From: Pseudobacteriovorax sp.
GTDB taxonomy: Bacteria; Bdellovibrionota_B; Oligoflexia; Oligoflexales; Oligoflexaceae
Assembly: GCA_050293845.1 (NCBI GenBank)
Contig: JBNKNM010000001.1
Span: 32,001 to 96,000, forward strand
Reading direction: 5' to 3'
DNA length: 64,000 bases
In this document: one piece after another, positions 19,359 to 29,267 of the stretch
Layout of the letters: each line of letters opens with the position of its first letter
Position numbering within the stretch: position 1 is the first letter of the stretch
The notes under the pieces: generated by a model
Database searches by the model: none
The model's input: the letters and a program-made list of their open reading frames with translations, nothing else
Told to the model about the DNA's origin: nothing
Translations under genes and position numbers: made by a program

Positions 19359-19832
19359 GTGAAGATGATCAATGACTGGAAAAATATCGACGAAGTCTCA
19401 AAGACAGTTTTAAGCATGCTCCCTCAACAAGAACCTTTTCGCTTTGTTGACCGGATTATTGAAATAAGTGAGAGCCATTGTGTCGGTACCTACCGATTCA
19501 AGTCAGACGAATACTTCTATCAGGGCCACTTCCCAGGCAACCCCGTTACCCCTGGAGTGATCCTCACTGAGTCTATGGCTCAAATTGGAGTCAGCTCATT
19601 GTCCCTCTACCTACTTCTGAGAGAGAGCCAGCAATTCAAAAATGTGACCTCTTACTTTACGGAAGCTCACTCAGAATTCTTAAAGCCTGTTCTACCTGGT
19701 GACCGGATCATCGTTAAAGCACAGAAAATTTACTGGCGTCGCAAGAAGATAAAATGTGAAACTAAGCTTTATTTGGAATCTGGTGAGCTTGCTGCACAGG
19801 CGCAACTTTCTGGAATGGGAGTGATCAAATGA
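19359..19832 (+). CDS. fabZ: 3-hydroxyacyl-ACP dehydratase (FabZ-like)
   Basis: LPQQEPFRFVD, GHFPGNPVTPGVILTESMAQ, FLKPVLPGD. Confidence 0.88.
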   Translation: MKMINDWKNIDEVSKTVLSMLPQQEPFRFVDRIIEISESHCVGTYRFKSDEYFYQGHFPGNPVTPGVILTESMAQIGVSSLSLYLLLRESQQFKNVTSYFTEAHSEFLKPVLPGDRIIVKAQKIYWRRKKIKCETKLYLESGELAAQAQLSGMGVIK

Positions 19833-21097
19833 AGCGCGTAGTTGTAACAGGAATGGGTGTGGTAGCACCCAATGGGCTGGGCTTGGAAGCCTTCCGGCAG
19901 GCCTTAAAAAAAGGGAAGTCGGGTATTGAATCCGTCGCCCTCATGAAGGAAAAGAATTTTGGGTGCCAGGTAGGGGGTGTCTGTAAGGGTTACGATGAGG
20001 CTGTGGCTCAGCATTTTTCCGAAGCAGAGCTATTCGCTATGAGCCAAGGTATGAAGTTAGGTAGCCTTGCTGCCATTGAAGCTTTTACTCATGCCCAATT
20101 ATCGATACCCAGCACCGATAGCGACTTCGTATATGAAGATACAGGGGCGGTGATCGGCACCGGCATTGGTGGCTTAGATGTTTTTGCTGATAAAGTGTAC
20201 CCTAGTGTTGAAGCAGGCAAAACCCGTAGAATGGGAAGCAGCATCGTAGAGCAGACCATGTGCAGTGGTGTCAGTGCAAAAATAGCTGGTTACCTGGGAC
20301 TTGGCAATCAAGTGACAACAAATAGCTCTGCCTGTTCCACCGGTACGGAAGCCATTATTATGGGAGTGCAAAGAATTAAGCACGGACTTGCCAAACGCAT
20401 GCTAGTAGGTGGAGTCGAAGCAGCACATATTCATATCTGGGCCGGTTTTGATGCCATGCGAGTCCTATCAAGAAAATTCAATGATTCCCCCACATTGGCT
20501 TCACGACCCTTAAGTGCAACGGCTTGTGGGTTTGTTCCTGGAAGCGGTGCAGGGGTTTTAGTGCTCGAAGAGCTCGAAACTGCCCTAGAGCGGGGAGTTC
20601 CCATTTTAGCCGAAGTCTTAGGTACCCATACTAATTGTGGTGGAATGCGTCACGGCGGGAGTATGACGGCCCCTAGTCCTGTAGGTGTCCAGCGTTGTAT
20701 CCGTTCTGCTCTATTGGATGCCCAGATTGAGCCTCAAGATCTCGACTATATTAATGGACATCTTACTGCAACTATGGCTGATCCTGTCGAATTAAAAAAT
20801 TGGCAGGAAGCCTTGGAATTAAAAAGCCATGAATTTCCTTTAGTGAACGCCACTAAATCAATGATAGGTCATGCATTAGGCGCCGCTGGGGCCATTGAAA
20901 CTATTGCGACCCTTATGCAATTAACCGAGAACTTCGTCCACAAGTCCTTGAATTGTCATGATCTACATCCCGAGATCGAACATCTTGCTGAAAGTATCCC
21001 CCAGGAAACCGTAAGCAAGTCGTTAAATATTGCAGCAAAAGCTAGTTTTGGCTTTGGTGATGTCAATAGTTGTTTAATTTTTAAAGCTTGGAGTTGA
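19829..21097 (+). CDS. Beta-ketoacyl-ACP synthase (FabF/FabB-like)
   Basis: RVVVTGMG, Cys-His-His triad (SSACSTG, YINGHLT, KSMIGH), SFGFG. Confidence 0.92.
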   Translation: MKRVVVTGMGVVAPNGLGLEAFRQALKKGKSGIESVALMKEKNFGCQVGGVCKGYDEAVAQHFSEAELFAMSQGMKLGSLAAIEAFTHAQLSIPSTDSDFVYEDTGAVIGTGIGGLDVFADKVYPSVEAGKTRRMGSSIVEQTMCSGVSAKIAGYLGLGNQVTTNSSACSTGTEAIIMGVQRIKHGLAKRMLVGGVEAAHIHIWAGFDAMRVLSRKFNDSPTLASRPLSATACGFVPGSGAGVLVLEELETALERGVPILAEVLGTHTNCGGMRHGGSMTAPSPVGVQRCIRSALLDAQIEPQDLDYINGHLTATMADPVELKNWQEALELKSHEFPLVNATKSMIGHALGAAGAIETIATLMQLTENFVHKSLNCHDLHPEIEHLAESIPQETVSKSLNIAAKASFGFGDVNSCLIFKAWS

Positions 21098-21101
21098 GCC
21101 T

Positions 21102-21353
21102 ATGGAAACCAATGAAATCTACCAAGACGTTGTAAGTATCGTCAGTAAGCATGCCAAGAATCAGGATGCTCTCAAAGCTTTGAGCAATGAGACCCATATC
21201 CTGAATGATTTGCAGGTGAATTCAGCGAGACTTGTTGACATTGTTCTTGATTTTGAAGATAAATTCGATCTAGAAATTTCTGATGATGACGCTGATAGTA
21301 TTAGTACGATTGGTGATGCCGTCGAATTAGTAAAAAAACTTCAGCAACACTAA
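21102..21353 (+). CDS. Acyl carrier protein
   Basis: Acidic 83 aa. DLQVNSARLVDIVLDFEDKFDLEI, with the Ppant Ser in an N-S-A context. Confidence 0.9.
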   Translation: METNEIYQDVVSIVSKHAKNQDALKALSNETHILNDLQVNSARLVDIVLDFEDKFDLEISDDDADSISTIGDAVELVKKLQQH

Positions 21354-21357
21354 AAAA

Positions 21358-21397
21358 CAAGGTCGGGCTGCAGATATTTTTCGAAAGCCCGACCTTG
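21358..21397. other. Intercistronic hairpin after ACP gene
   Basis: CAAGGTCGGGCT-N16-AGCCCGACCTTG, 12-bp perfect stem. A-tract on the 5' side, no T-tract on the + strand. Confidence 0.65.
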
Positions 21398-21424
21398 AAA
21401 GTTCTTTGTTATATGGGGTAAATA

Positions 21425-22216
21425 TTGCTAACTCTCAAGTATCGCATGCTTCTGCGACTGCAGATCATGGTTTCTTTCTGCAATTCTGTCTGGTTTGTAC
21501 CTCTGTTTATATTTCTTTTGAGAGTCGTTTTTCAATACCGTATCGTTAAACTAAAAAAGTTTCGAGAAAAATTTTCACAATTAAGAGAGAGTACCAAAAA
21601 TCGCCCTATTATCATAGCAGCCAACCACCTTACACTTATCGATTCAATGTTCATCACCTGGGCTGTTATGTCTCCCCAAGACTATTTTCTTAGATTCAAG
21701 CAATTCCCTTGGAATGTACCAGAGCTTTCGAATTTCGGAAGAAATATATTACTCAGACTCATGTGTTATTTGGGTAAGTGTGTTTACATCGAAAGACAAG
21801 GGAAAATAGCTTCTAAGAAACTATCGCTTAAAAAACTTAGCTATCTTCTTAGGCAAGGTCATAGTGTCTGCATTTTTCCAGAAGGGGGGCGATCCCGTCT
21901 GGGAAAAATCGATCGCGAAGGAGCGACATATGGTATAGGTCAGCTTGTTGAAGAACAAGAGAATGCTGCGGTATTTTGCATCTACCTTCGGAGCGATAGC
22001 CAAAAAAAATTCTCAAATTTTCCCACGTGGGGTGATCGGTTCTTTATTGATGTTTCAGCCATAACTCCCCATAGTCACCTTGAGGGACGCCGTAAACATC
22101 GAGACATTACCCTCCAGATTGTTAACGAACTTGAGCGCATGGAGGAATGCTACTTTAATGATTGGCAACGACATCATAGATCTGAACCAAAATATCCCAC
22201 ATCCTCGATTTGCTGA
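21425..22216 (+). CDS. Lysophospholipid/glycerolipid acyltransferase (PlsC family)
   Basis: N-terminal TM segment, ANHLTLID (H-x4-D), IFPEGGRS. Confidence 0.85.
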   Translation: MLTLKYRMLLRLQIMVSFCNSVWFVPLFIFLLRVVFQYRIVKLKKFREKFSQLRESTKNRPIIIAANHLTLIDSMFITWAVMSPQDYFLRFKQFPWNVPELSNFGRNILLRLMCYLGKCVYIERQGKIASKKLSLKKLSYLLRQGHSVCIFPEGGRSRLGKIDREGATYGIGQLVEEQENAAVFCIYLRSDSQKKFSNFPTWGDRFFIDVSAITPHSHLEGRRKHRDITLQIVNELERMEECYFNDWQRHHRSEPKYPTSSIC

Positions 22217-22673
22217 GAGGATTACTTCAGCACAAGAAAAGGCTTACCATGATCTTTCTCAGCTACGTCATGTATGGGAGTTATGGGCTATTAAGGAGTC
22301 TGCCTATAAAGCTCTCATGCAAAAACTTGGTAAGATTCCAGGGAATCCAAGGCTCTATGAGGTTAGTGAAGATAAAAGTCAGGTAAGCTATAGGGGCCAT
22401 ACCTTGGAAGTATTTTTGCAACCTCATACCGACTATATTTTCGCTCAAGCCTTTGGCTCTATGGAACAGCCTCAATTTGTGATTGGGAGCGTAAAAGACC
22501 AAGAATCTCTGGATGTTCGTGAGCTTTGTCAGCAACTGTTTCTCGATCCCGGTTGTATAATCAAAACTGGCATGGGTATCCCGATATACATAACAAAGAA
22601 CAAGACATACCCTATTTCCCTAACTCATCACCAAAGATTTATTGCTGCAAGTCGCTTATCAACGGTATTATAG
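22158..22673 (+). CDS. 4'-phosphopantetheinyl transferase (AcpS/Sfp superfamily)
   Basis: MIGNDIIDL, WAIKESAYKA, ISLTHH. GGAGGA upstream of ATG 22158. Confidence 0.85.
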   Translation: MIGNDIIDLNQNIPHPRFAERITSAQEKAYHDLSQLRHVWELWAIKESAYKALMQKLGKIPGNPRLYEVSEDKSQVSYRGHTLEVFLQPHTDYIFAQAFGSMEQPQFVIGSVKDQESLDVRELCQQLFLDPGCIIKTGMGIPIYITKNKTYPISLTHHQRFIAASRLSTVL

Positions 22674-22768
22674 CCAGCCGTATCGAAATTGTTATGAGTT
22701 CCATGCTTCCCAAACTATAGAAATAAATTTATTTAGTCACTGAAACCATTCATGTAACTGCCAGTCCT

Positions 22769-22795
22769 TTAATTTTCTTTTCATTATTCCGAATA
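22769..22795 (+). promoter_or_regulatory. Possible sigma28-like promoter
   Basis: TTAA-N15-TCCGAATA, ending 6 nt before ATG 22802. Confidence 0.3.
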
Positions 22796-22801
22796 GAAAA
22801 T

Positions 22802-23731
22802 ATGCTTAATAAACAAAAACGACAAATCATAATACTTGCATTTTTATGCGGTTGCGACTCAAGAGTCATCGTTGATAAAACCGACGGCGGCCTAGAGCAG
22901 TCCCAGCAGGTTCTCAGCCAAGATCAGGCTGGTATTTTGGTAAATACCGAGGGAACTGACAGCCAGGGCTCGGATACAATCAATATCGATATCCCAGAAA
23001 ATAATGTGGTGGAATCACCAGAACTTGTACCGGTAGCTTTGACAAAGTACATCGATAGCCAAATAGAGTGTGAGCAATTACAGGGTAATGCCCCGGTTAA
23101 TGGGATTTCATCAGGTGAGGCTTACTGCAGAATCATCGATGAGAACCAGCAAAGACTAATCCCAAACGATGACGGTATTACTGCAAGTTGGTCATTTACT
23201 GCCGATTTCAACTTAGCAACATTAGAGCTAGCTGCAAGTGAACTAGGAGATTACGACATCAAGCTCACAGCAACCGCCGATTTTCCTGCAAAAGCCTGGT
23301 ATGGTTTGGATATTGCTATTATAAATGTAAAGTTAGACGAAAACGACCAGTCCATGAATTTATCCCAGCAGAGCAAGAATTTACTGGGAGAAGATTGCAA
23401 CAACGATAGCACCGATGGAATCGACTTGAGCATTCCTAATAATTTAGTCGGAATCTTCATGAACGGTGACGATGTTGGTGGTAATGGGAAAGGCTTTCTT
23501 ATTTTTGACAATTCTACCCTTAGGGATAACGGTACCAATAACTTGTTTTTCGGTAGATTTAACAGCCGAGTAGAAGATCAAGGAACAGGCTCTACAGGAG
23601 TTTTTCTTGCTAATAGTAATTATATATCGAACGGATTAAATAACACGACGTTCCTCCACCCTCTAGCTAATGCTGTTAATGCCAATGGTTCCAACTTTAA
23701 ATTTATAACACCAATTAATTTCTGCCCCTAG
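22802..23731 (+). CDS. Hypothetical acidic, Asn/Gly-rich lipoprotein
   Basis: MLNKQKRQIIILAFLCGC lipobox. Beta-rich, Asn/Gly-rich C-terminal half. Confidence 0.6.
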   Translation: MLNKQKRQIIILAFLCGCDSRVIVDKTDGGLEQSQQVLSQDQAGILVNTEGTDSQGSDTINIDIPENNVVESPELVPVALTKYIDSQIECEQLQGNAPVNGISSGEAYCRIIDENQQRLIPNDDGITASWSFTADFNLATLELAASELGDYDIKLTATADFPAKAWYGLDIAIINVKLDENDQSMNLSQQSKNLLGEDCNNDSTDGIDLSIPNNLVGIFMNGDDVGGNGKGFLIFDNSTLRDNGTNNLFFGRFNSRVEDQGTGSTGVFLANSNYISNGLNNTTFLHPLANAVNANGSNFKFITPINFCP

Positions 23732-23761
23732 CACAACATAATTACTGATAGCGTAGCTTGG

Positions 23762-24619
23762 TCAGCTGCGAGTCTTCTTTTGAGAAAATCTTTTTTTCAA
23801 CTTAGCACAGGGATCTTCACGCTGCGTGCGAAGGGTTCCCACAAAAAAGTGATATTCTTCATTGGGAGATGAATCCCCGTCCTCTAAAAAAATGACGCTC
23901 AATAATTTCTTCTTAGGGTAAGCTGTAGAAAAGTATAAGGGTATCCCGTAAATTAAATTGCCATGGCCAGCTCCCAATAGGTAAACATCTATGAGACCAT
24001 TTTGTTCTTGAAACCTGGATACCATGTAAGCATCTCTATACCTTTGGATCCCCAGCATTTTTTCGGCATATTTTGGTGGCAGATGGCCACAATGAGATTC
24101 TTTTAACACAGATAGCAACTTATCTTTCACCGTTTCCTCTAAAGGCTTTTTGAGACCGGTTTTTATTTCAAGTTCCTCAGTTATTAATTCCGGATTTTTA
24201 TCACTGTATAAACCAGATAACTGTTTTCTGGGAATACCCACTCCAATAGGAGTTTGCTCTAAAAGTTTTGCAGCCAACTCAGAAAAAATGGAAAAATCAG
24301 GCCACCCCGATTGTGACCAATCTGCGAGTTGAGCAAACTCTTGAACCGACTGGGGCTTACCTTTCTCTAACCGCTCTTGTTGATCAGCAGTAAGGTGTTC
24401 CATATAGACCCGACCTAACTTGTTCTTCGTCTTCAAAAACTCTATAACGGCAGCTTGATAAAGATGGTGCCGGTGATTATCGTGTCTTTCCCCAAGTAGG
24501 ATAACATCGTGCTCCATAAGTTCTTGTTTAAAGGAATCAGTGAGTTCAGGTATAGTTAATATGCTTGTTTGACATGAGCATACTATCATACACAACAAGA
24601 GCAGTAGCGGAGCACCCAT
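23762..24619 (-). CDS. ChaN-family lipoprotein (EreA/ChaN-like, putative heme/iron uptake)
   Basis: Lipobox, VILLGERHDN.HH, MEH, W...GWP, ESHCG, QRYRDAYM, GAGH. Confidence 0.8.
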   Translation of the reverse strand: MGAPLLLLLCMIVCSCQTSILTIPELTDSFKQELMEHDVILLGERHDNHRHHLYQAAVIEFLKTKNKLGRVYMEHLTADQQERLEKGKPQSVQEFAQLADWSQSGWPDFSIFSELAAKLLEQTPIGVGIPRKQLSGLYSDKNPELITEELEIKTGLKKPLEETVKDKLLSVLKESHCGHLPPKYAEKMLGIQRYRDAYMVSRFQEQNGLIDVYLLGAGHGNLIYGIPLYFSTAYPKKKLLSVIFLEDGDSSPNEEYHFFVGTLRTQREDPCAKLKKRFSQKKTRS

Positions 24620-24628
24620 GGATTAACC

Positions 24629-25456
24629 TCATTGCAAAAATTGACTATGGAATTTCAAGTGATCGTCAATAAAAGTGGCGATAAAGTAATAGCTATGATC
24701 ATAACCTTGTTGAAGTCGCAATTCCATACCCAGTTTCCTCTCCTGATGCAGTTTTTGTAGAGAAGCAAACCCTAACTGTTCAGTTAAAAATTGATCCTCG
24801 GAGCCTTGATCGATGAGGATCGGTGTCGTCACCGGTGTTGTTGTTAATAATGATAAAGTATCATAGACGCCCCACTCTTCGTCGCTCTTAAGGTAGCCTT
24901 GAAAAGCTTTTTGCCCCCAGGGACTTGTGGATGGATGGCAAATGGGGGCAAAAGCTGAAATGGAGGCAAACTGATCAGGATTCCGTATGCCAATAGTAAG
25001 GGCTCCATGTCCGCCCATCGAATGTCCACTGATAGACCATTGACCATTTAGAGGAAAGTGGCTTTCACATAAAGGAATTAGTTCCTCTGTAATATAACTA
25101 TACATACGGTAATGATCGGACCATGGTTTTACCGTGGCATCCAAATAAAACCCCGCCCCAGAACCAAAATCATAAGAGTCATGTTCCCCTGGAAGATCTA
25201 AACCTCGCGGTGATGTGTCAGGACAAAGGATCGCCATACCCAGGCTGGAGGCTAACCTAAATGCCCCGGCCTTGTGAGCGAAGTTCTCATCGGTGCAAGT
25301 AAGTCCAGATAACCAAAGCAAGCAAGGTACATGCTGTTTTTCTGTCAAAGGCGGTAAAAAAATCCCTAAGTTCATAGGAGTTCCCGTAACCTGAGAAGTA
25401 TGACGATACCTCCGGTAATGTCCTGCGAATATTAAGGACTCCGCTATTTTTTCCAT
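24629..25456 (-). CDS. fghA: S-formylglutathione hydrolase
   Basis: WLSGLTC, PDTSPRG, GAGFY, GHSMGGHGA, DQG..D.FL, GYDHSYYFI. Confidence 0.96.
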   Translation of the reverse strand: MEKIAESLIFAGHYRRYRHTSQVTGTPMNLGIFLPPLTEKQHVPCLLWLSGLTCTDENFAHKAGAFRLASSLGMAILCPDTSPRGLDLPGEHDSYDFGSGAGFYLDATVKPWSDHYRMYSYITEELIPLCESHFPLNGQWSISGHSMGGHGALTIGIRNPDQFASISAFAPICHPSTSPWGQKAFQGYLKSDEEWGVYDTLSLLTTTPVTTPILIDQGSEDQFLTEQLGFASLQKLHQERKLGMELRLQQGYDHSYYFIATFIDDHLKFHSQFLQ

Positions 25457-25464
25457 AAAACCTC

Positions 25465-26583
<1,119 letters not shown>

Positions 26584-26734
26584 TTAAAAAGGGTATTGAG
26601 AATTGATCATCTTGTAAAGCAATGTGTTTCTAGGAAAACTTTAGCTGATTTAAGCTTGCTTTGCTTCAAGAAATTTTTCACACCCAGTATTGATGGCTTG
26701 CACCGCTGCTTGTAGAAAGACTTGTATGGAATAA

Positions 26735-26854
26735 GGGCAGAAAGCGCTTGAAGCGAAAGAAAACATACGCCGTCTTACCGGCTATAAAGACATAGCTATT
26801 TACCTTGCCGTCTCCAATATCACAGCTCACTCACGTTATAGGTACCAGAGGTAG
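26735..26854 (+). pseudogene. Possible eroded IS256-type transposase C-terminal fragment
   Basis: Start-less frame GQKALEAKENIRRLTGYKDIAIYL resembles the recalled L-EAE-x-x-FRR-x-x-GY-x-x-L tail of IS256-family transposases. Confidence 0.25.
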
Positions 26855-27332
26855 AATGACAATCCTCATAGCCCAAAAATGCATTTTTTTATGCATGGCA
26901 TGTTGAATGTAAAATACACAAATAGCCTCAGGTCTTTTAAGAAATTTCCAAATTGATTTTTTCCAGATCTCACATTAGCAGAGTAGTGATTCACATTGAT
27001 TAGTTTTAGCGCAAATTTATGCGCAACAGTTTCAAGACTGCTTTGTTAAATTTATAGGTGATTGCGATTTTCTGATTTTTACGGAAGTTTCCAATGACTC
27101 CCTGGGTCAATCCAAAAAACTTCTCGGCATGGAATGCTTAATTTATAGGTATATTTTTGTAGAGATAAACTTTGAGTCAAAAATAAAATATGTCGATGGA
27201 CTTGAAAAAGACTCCATTCATAAGCTCAATAGTCACTAGTAATTGCAAGTTTTTTAAAAAAAAGTTAGGACTATGATCTAGATAAAGATCACCAAATTTA
27301 AAAAAAGCTGATGCGTATATAACGGAACGAGA

Positions 27333-29231
27333 GTGTTGATGAAATTAAAAATTTTTTCTCATAGTGGTCGGGATGTTGTTTTCTATCTTTCAATGCTGCT
27401 TGCCAGCTCAATCATTATCATCTATGCGAGCAAGTTCGTATCAATCTTATTTAATCTAAAAGGTTGGGGGTTACGTCCCCCATCTTGGGATCAAGCTGTT
27501 CATGCTCTTGATGCCATTCATTTTGCTAAAGCATTTCAAGAATTAGACCCAATACAATTCTTAGTTCAGATTCAAAACAGTGCTCTCTGGCCTCCAGTTG
27601 TTCCCTTATTGCAATCAATTTACCTACTCTTCACTGATTTGAGCATAGCCAGTGTTCGCAATTCAATTGCATTTTGCACTATAATCTCTACTCTGGCTAT
27701 ATTCTACTCGGGCTGGAAGTTAGATAAAACCTGGGGATTTGCAGTAGGCCTTTTAGCATCAGCTATTCTATTGGTCAGTCCTGAGTTCCAAGAGTTTTCG
27801 CTTCAGGTTATGCTGGAAGTTCCTGGAATCGCTCTAACCCTAATAACTTTTTTTCTATACTGTCATTACCTGGATGAAAGGAATCCTAAGTATTGGCGTC
27901 GCACCGTTATCTCAGCTACAGTTCTGTTTTTTGCTAAGTTCAATTATGCAATTATGATTTTTCTCCCGATACTTTGCAATGAATGGTTGCTACGGCCTGA
28001 AATGCGGCAATCCATATATGACGCCCTAAGCTATCTAAGGCATAGAATTCGCTGGTGGCACCCCTTTGCAATTTTTGTATATATCTACTTATGCTTCTTA
28101 ATCTATGTTCATTTTGTTGGAATACGTTTTGAATTGTTGGGAAGAATCGTACTGATAAGACGTGCTTGGGGCAACCCCCTCTACCTACTTATATTCATAA
28201 CAATGATCAGAATGCTGATTTTCCAGCGCCAAGAATGGCGACTCTACCTAAACCACCTTTGGAATGCACCAGGTCTCTGGCGTCCTGTAGTTCGCTTATT
28301 TTTGTTACCAGTAGCAATTTGGATGAGCTACCCTCCTTTTTTTTCAACATTTTTTATATTTCTTTTTAGCGAATCGACCCGCAAGCAAACGTTTTTTTCC
28401 ACAGAGACACTCCGTTTCTATCCCGGAGCATTCGTTGAGAATTACAGTGCCAATTATGGAATCGCAGCAGCAATTATCATTGGAGTTGTCATCTCCTTTT
28501 TGAGCTGGCGTGTATTGTCGCCAAAAATAAGGTTTTTAATCGGCATTGTAGTCTTCAATCTGATCTTAGTTCTCAGCCACCCTAACTATCAAAAACGATA
28601 TCTGCTTACGACCGCTCCCTTTATATTCCTTCTTGGTACGTTTGGCCTTACGCTTCCTTTACAGCTACTCTTGAAACGCCGCTTGACGATTGCCACTGTT
28701 GTTTCTCGGGTGGGAAGTATTACGGCTTTTCTTGTCATTGTTGGCTATATTGGTTTTGATCCACAAGCCTTACAGGAACGTTTTGTAAAGCAAACCCTTT
28801 CACCTACCTTTCGCACCTTATCTGAAAAAATTTGCCTCCACACGTACCGGGCCCAGAACAACGCTATAATAGGATTGACAGGTTTTCTTAATCCAGCTGC
28901 TATAGCAATGACCTGTTATCAGCAACATCCAGATATCAAGAGATCCCAATTACCAACAACCATGACACGACTGGGTTTTCATGGTTATCAAGATGGTGCT
29001 AAAGTGGTATCCACGGGAAAAATAGATCAATTTTTTGTCGCTGATTACTCCAAAGTTAAGCGCTCTGTTGGTCGACAGCAAGAAGCATTTTTACTTCCAG
29101 GTGCCCGTTCGAGTTTGCCAAAATTAAACCTATATCGACTGGTGGACTTTATTGTCGACCCTGATAGTCACCTCGAACTGTCAGTCTACAAACGTTTATC
29201 AAAACCATCACGTATTACTCGTAAACCCTAG
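27333..29231 (+). CDS. Polytopic GT-C glycosyltransferase (ArnT/PMT, GT39/GT83-like)
   Basis: Many TM segments. Loop-1 WDQAVH, WPPVVP, MLEVP, FAKFNY, KRYLL. Confidence 0.75.
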   Translation: MLMKLKIFSHSGRDVVFYLSMLLASSIIIIYASKFVSILFNLKGWGLRPPSWDQAVHALDAIHFAKAFQELDPIQFLVQIQNSALWPPVVPLLQSIYLLFTDLSIASVRNSIAFCTIISTLAIFYSGWKLDKTWGFAVGLLASAILLVSPEFQEFSLQVMLEVPGIALTLITFFLYCHYLDERNPKYWRRTVISATVLFFAKFNYAIMIFLPILCNEWLLRPEMRQSIYDALSYLRHRIRWWHPFAIFVYIYLCFLIYVHFVGIRFELLGRIVLIRRAWGNPLYLLIFITMIRMLIFQRQEWRLYLNHLWNAPGLWRPVVRLFLLPVAIWMSYPPFFSTFFIFLFSESTRKQTFFSTETLRFYPGAFVENYSANYGIAAAIIIGVVISFLSWRVLSPKIRFLIGIVVFNLILVLSHPNYQKRYLLTTAPFIFLLGTFGLTLPLQLLLKRRLTIATVVSRVGSITAFLVIVGYIGFDPQALQERFVKQTLSPTFRTLSEKICLHTYRAQNNAIIGLTGFLNPAAIAMTCYQQHPDIKRSQLPTTMTRLGFHGYQDGAKVVSTGKIDQFFVADYSKVKRSVGRQQEAFLLPGARSSLPKLNLYRLVDFIVDPDSHLELSVYKRLSKPSRITRKP

Positions 29232-29267
29232 TTATGGTTTCTTTTTTATTCATGTGAGGAGCATGGG

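Noticed and set aside
22080..22157. N-terminal extension of the PPTase given in the ORF track
   Set aside because: The family motif starts at MIGND (ATG 22158), which has an upstream GGAGGA. The extension lies inside the acyltransferase gene.
18423..22673. Aryl polyene, ladderane or type II aromatic PKS cluster
   Set aside because: Only one KS is present, with no chain-length factor, ketoreductase, adenylation enzyme or cyclase. An enoyl reductase argues for a reduced chain.
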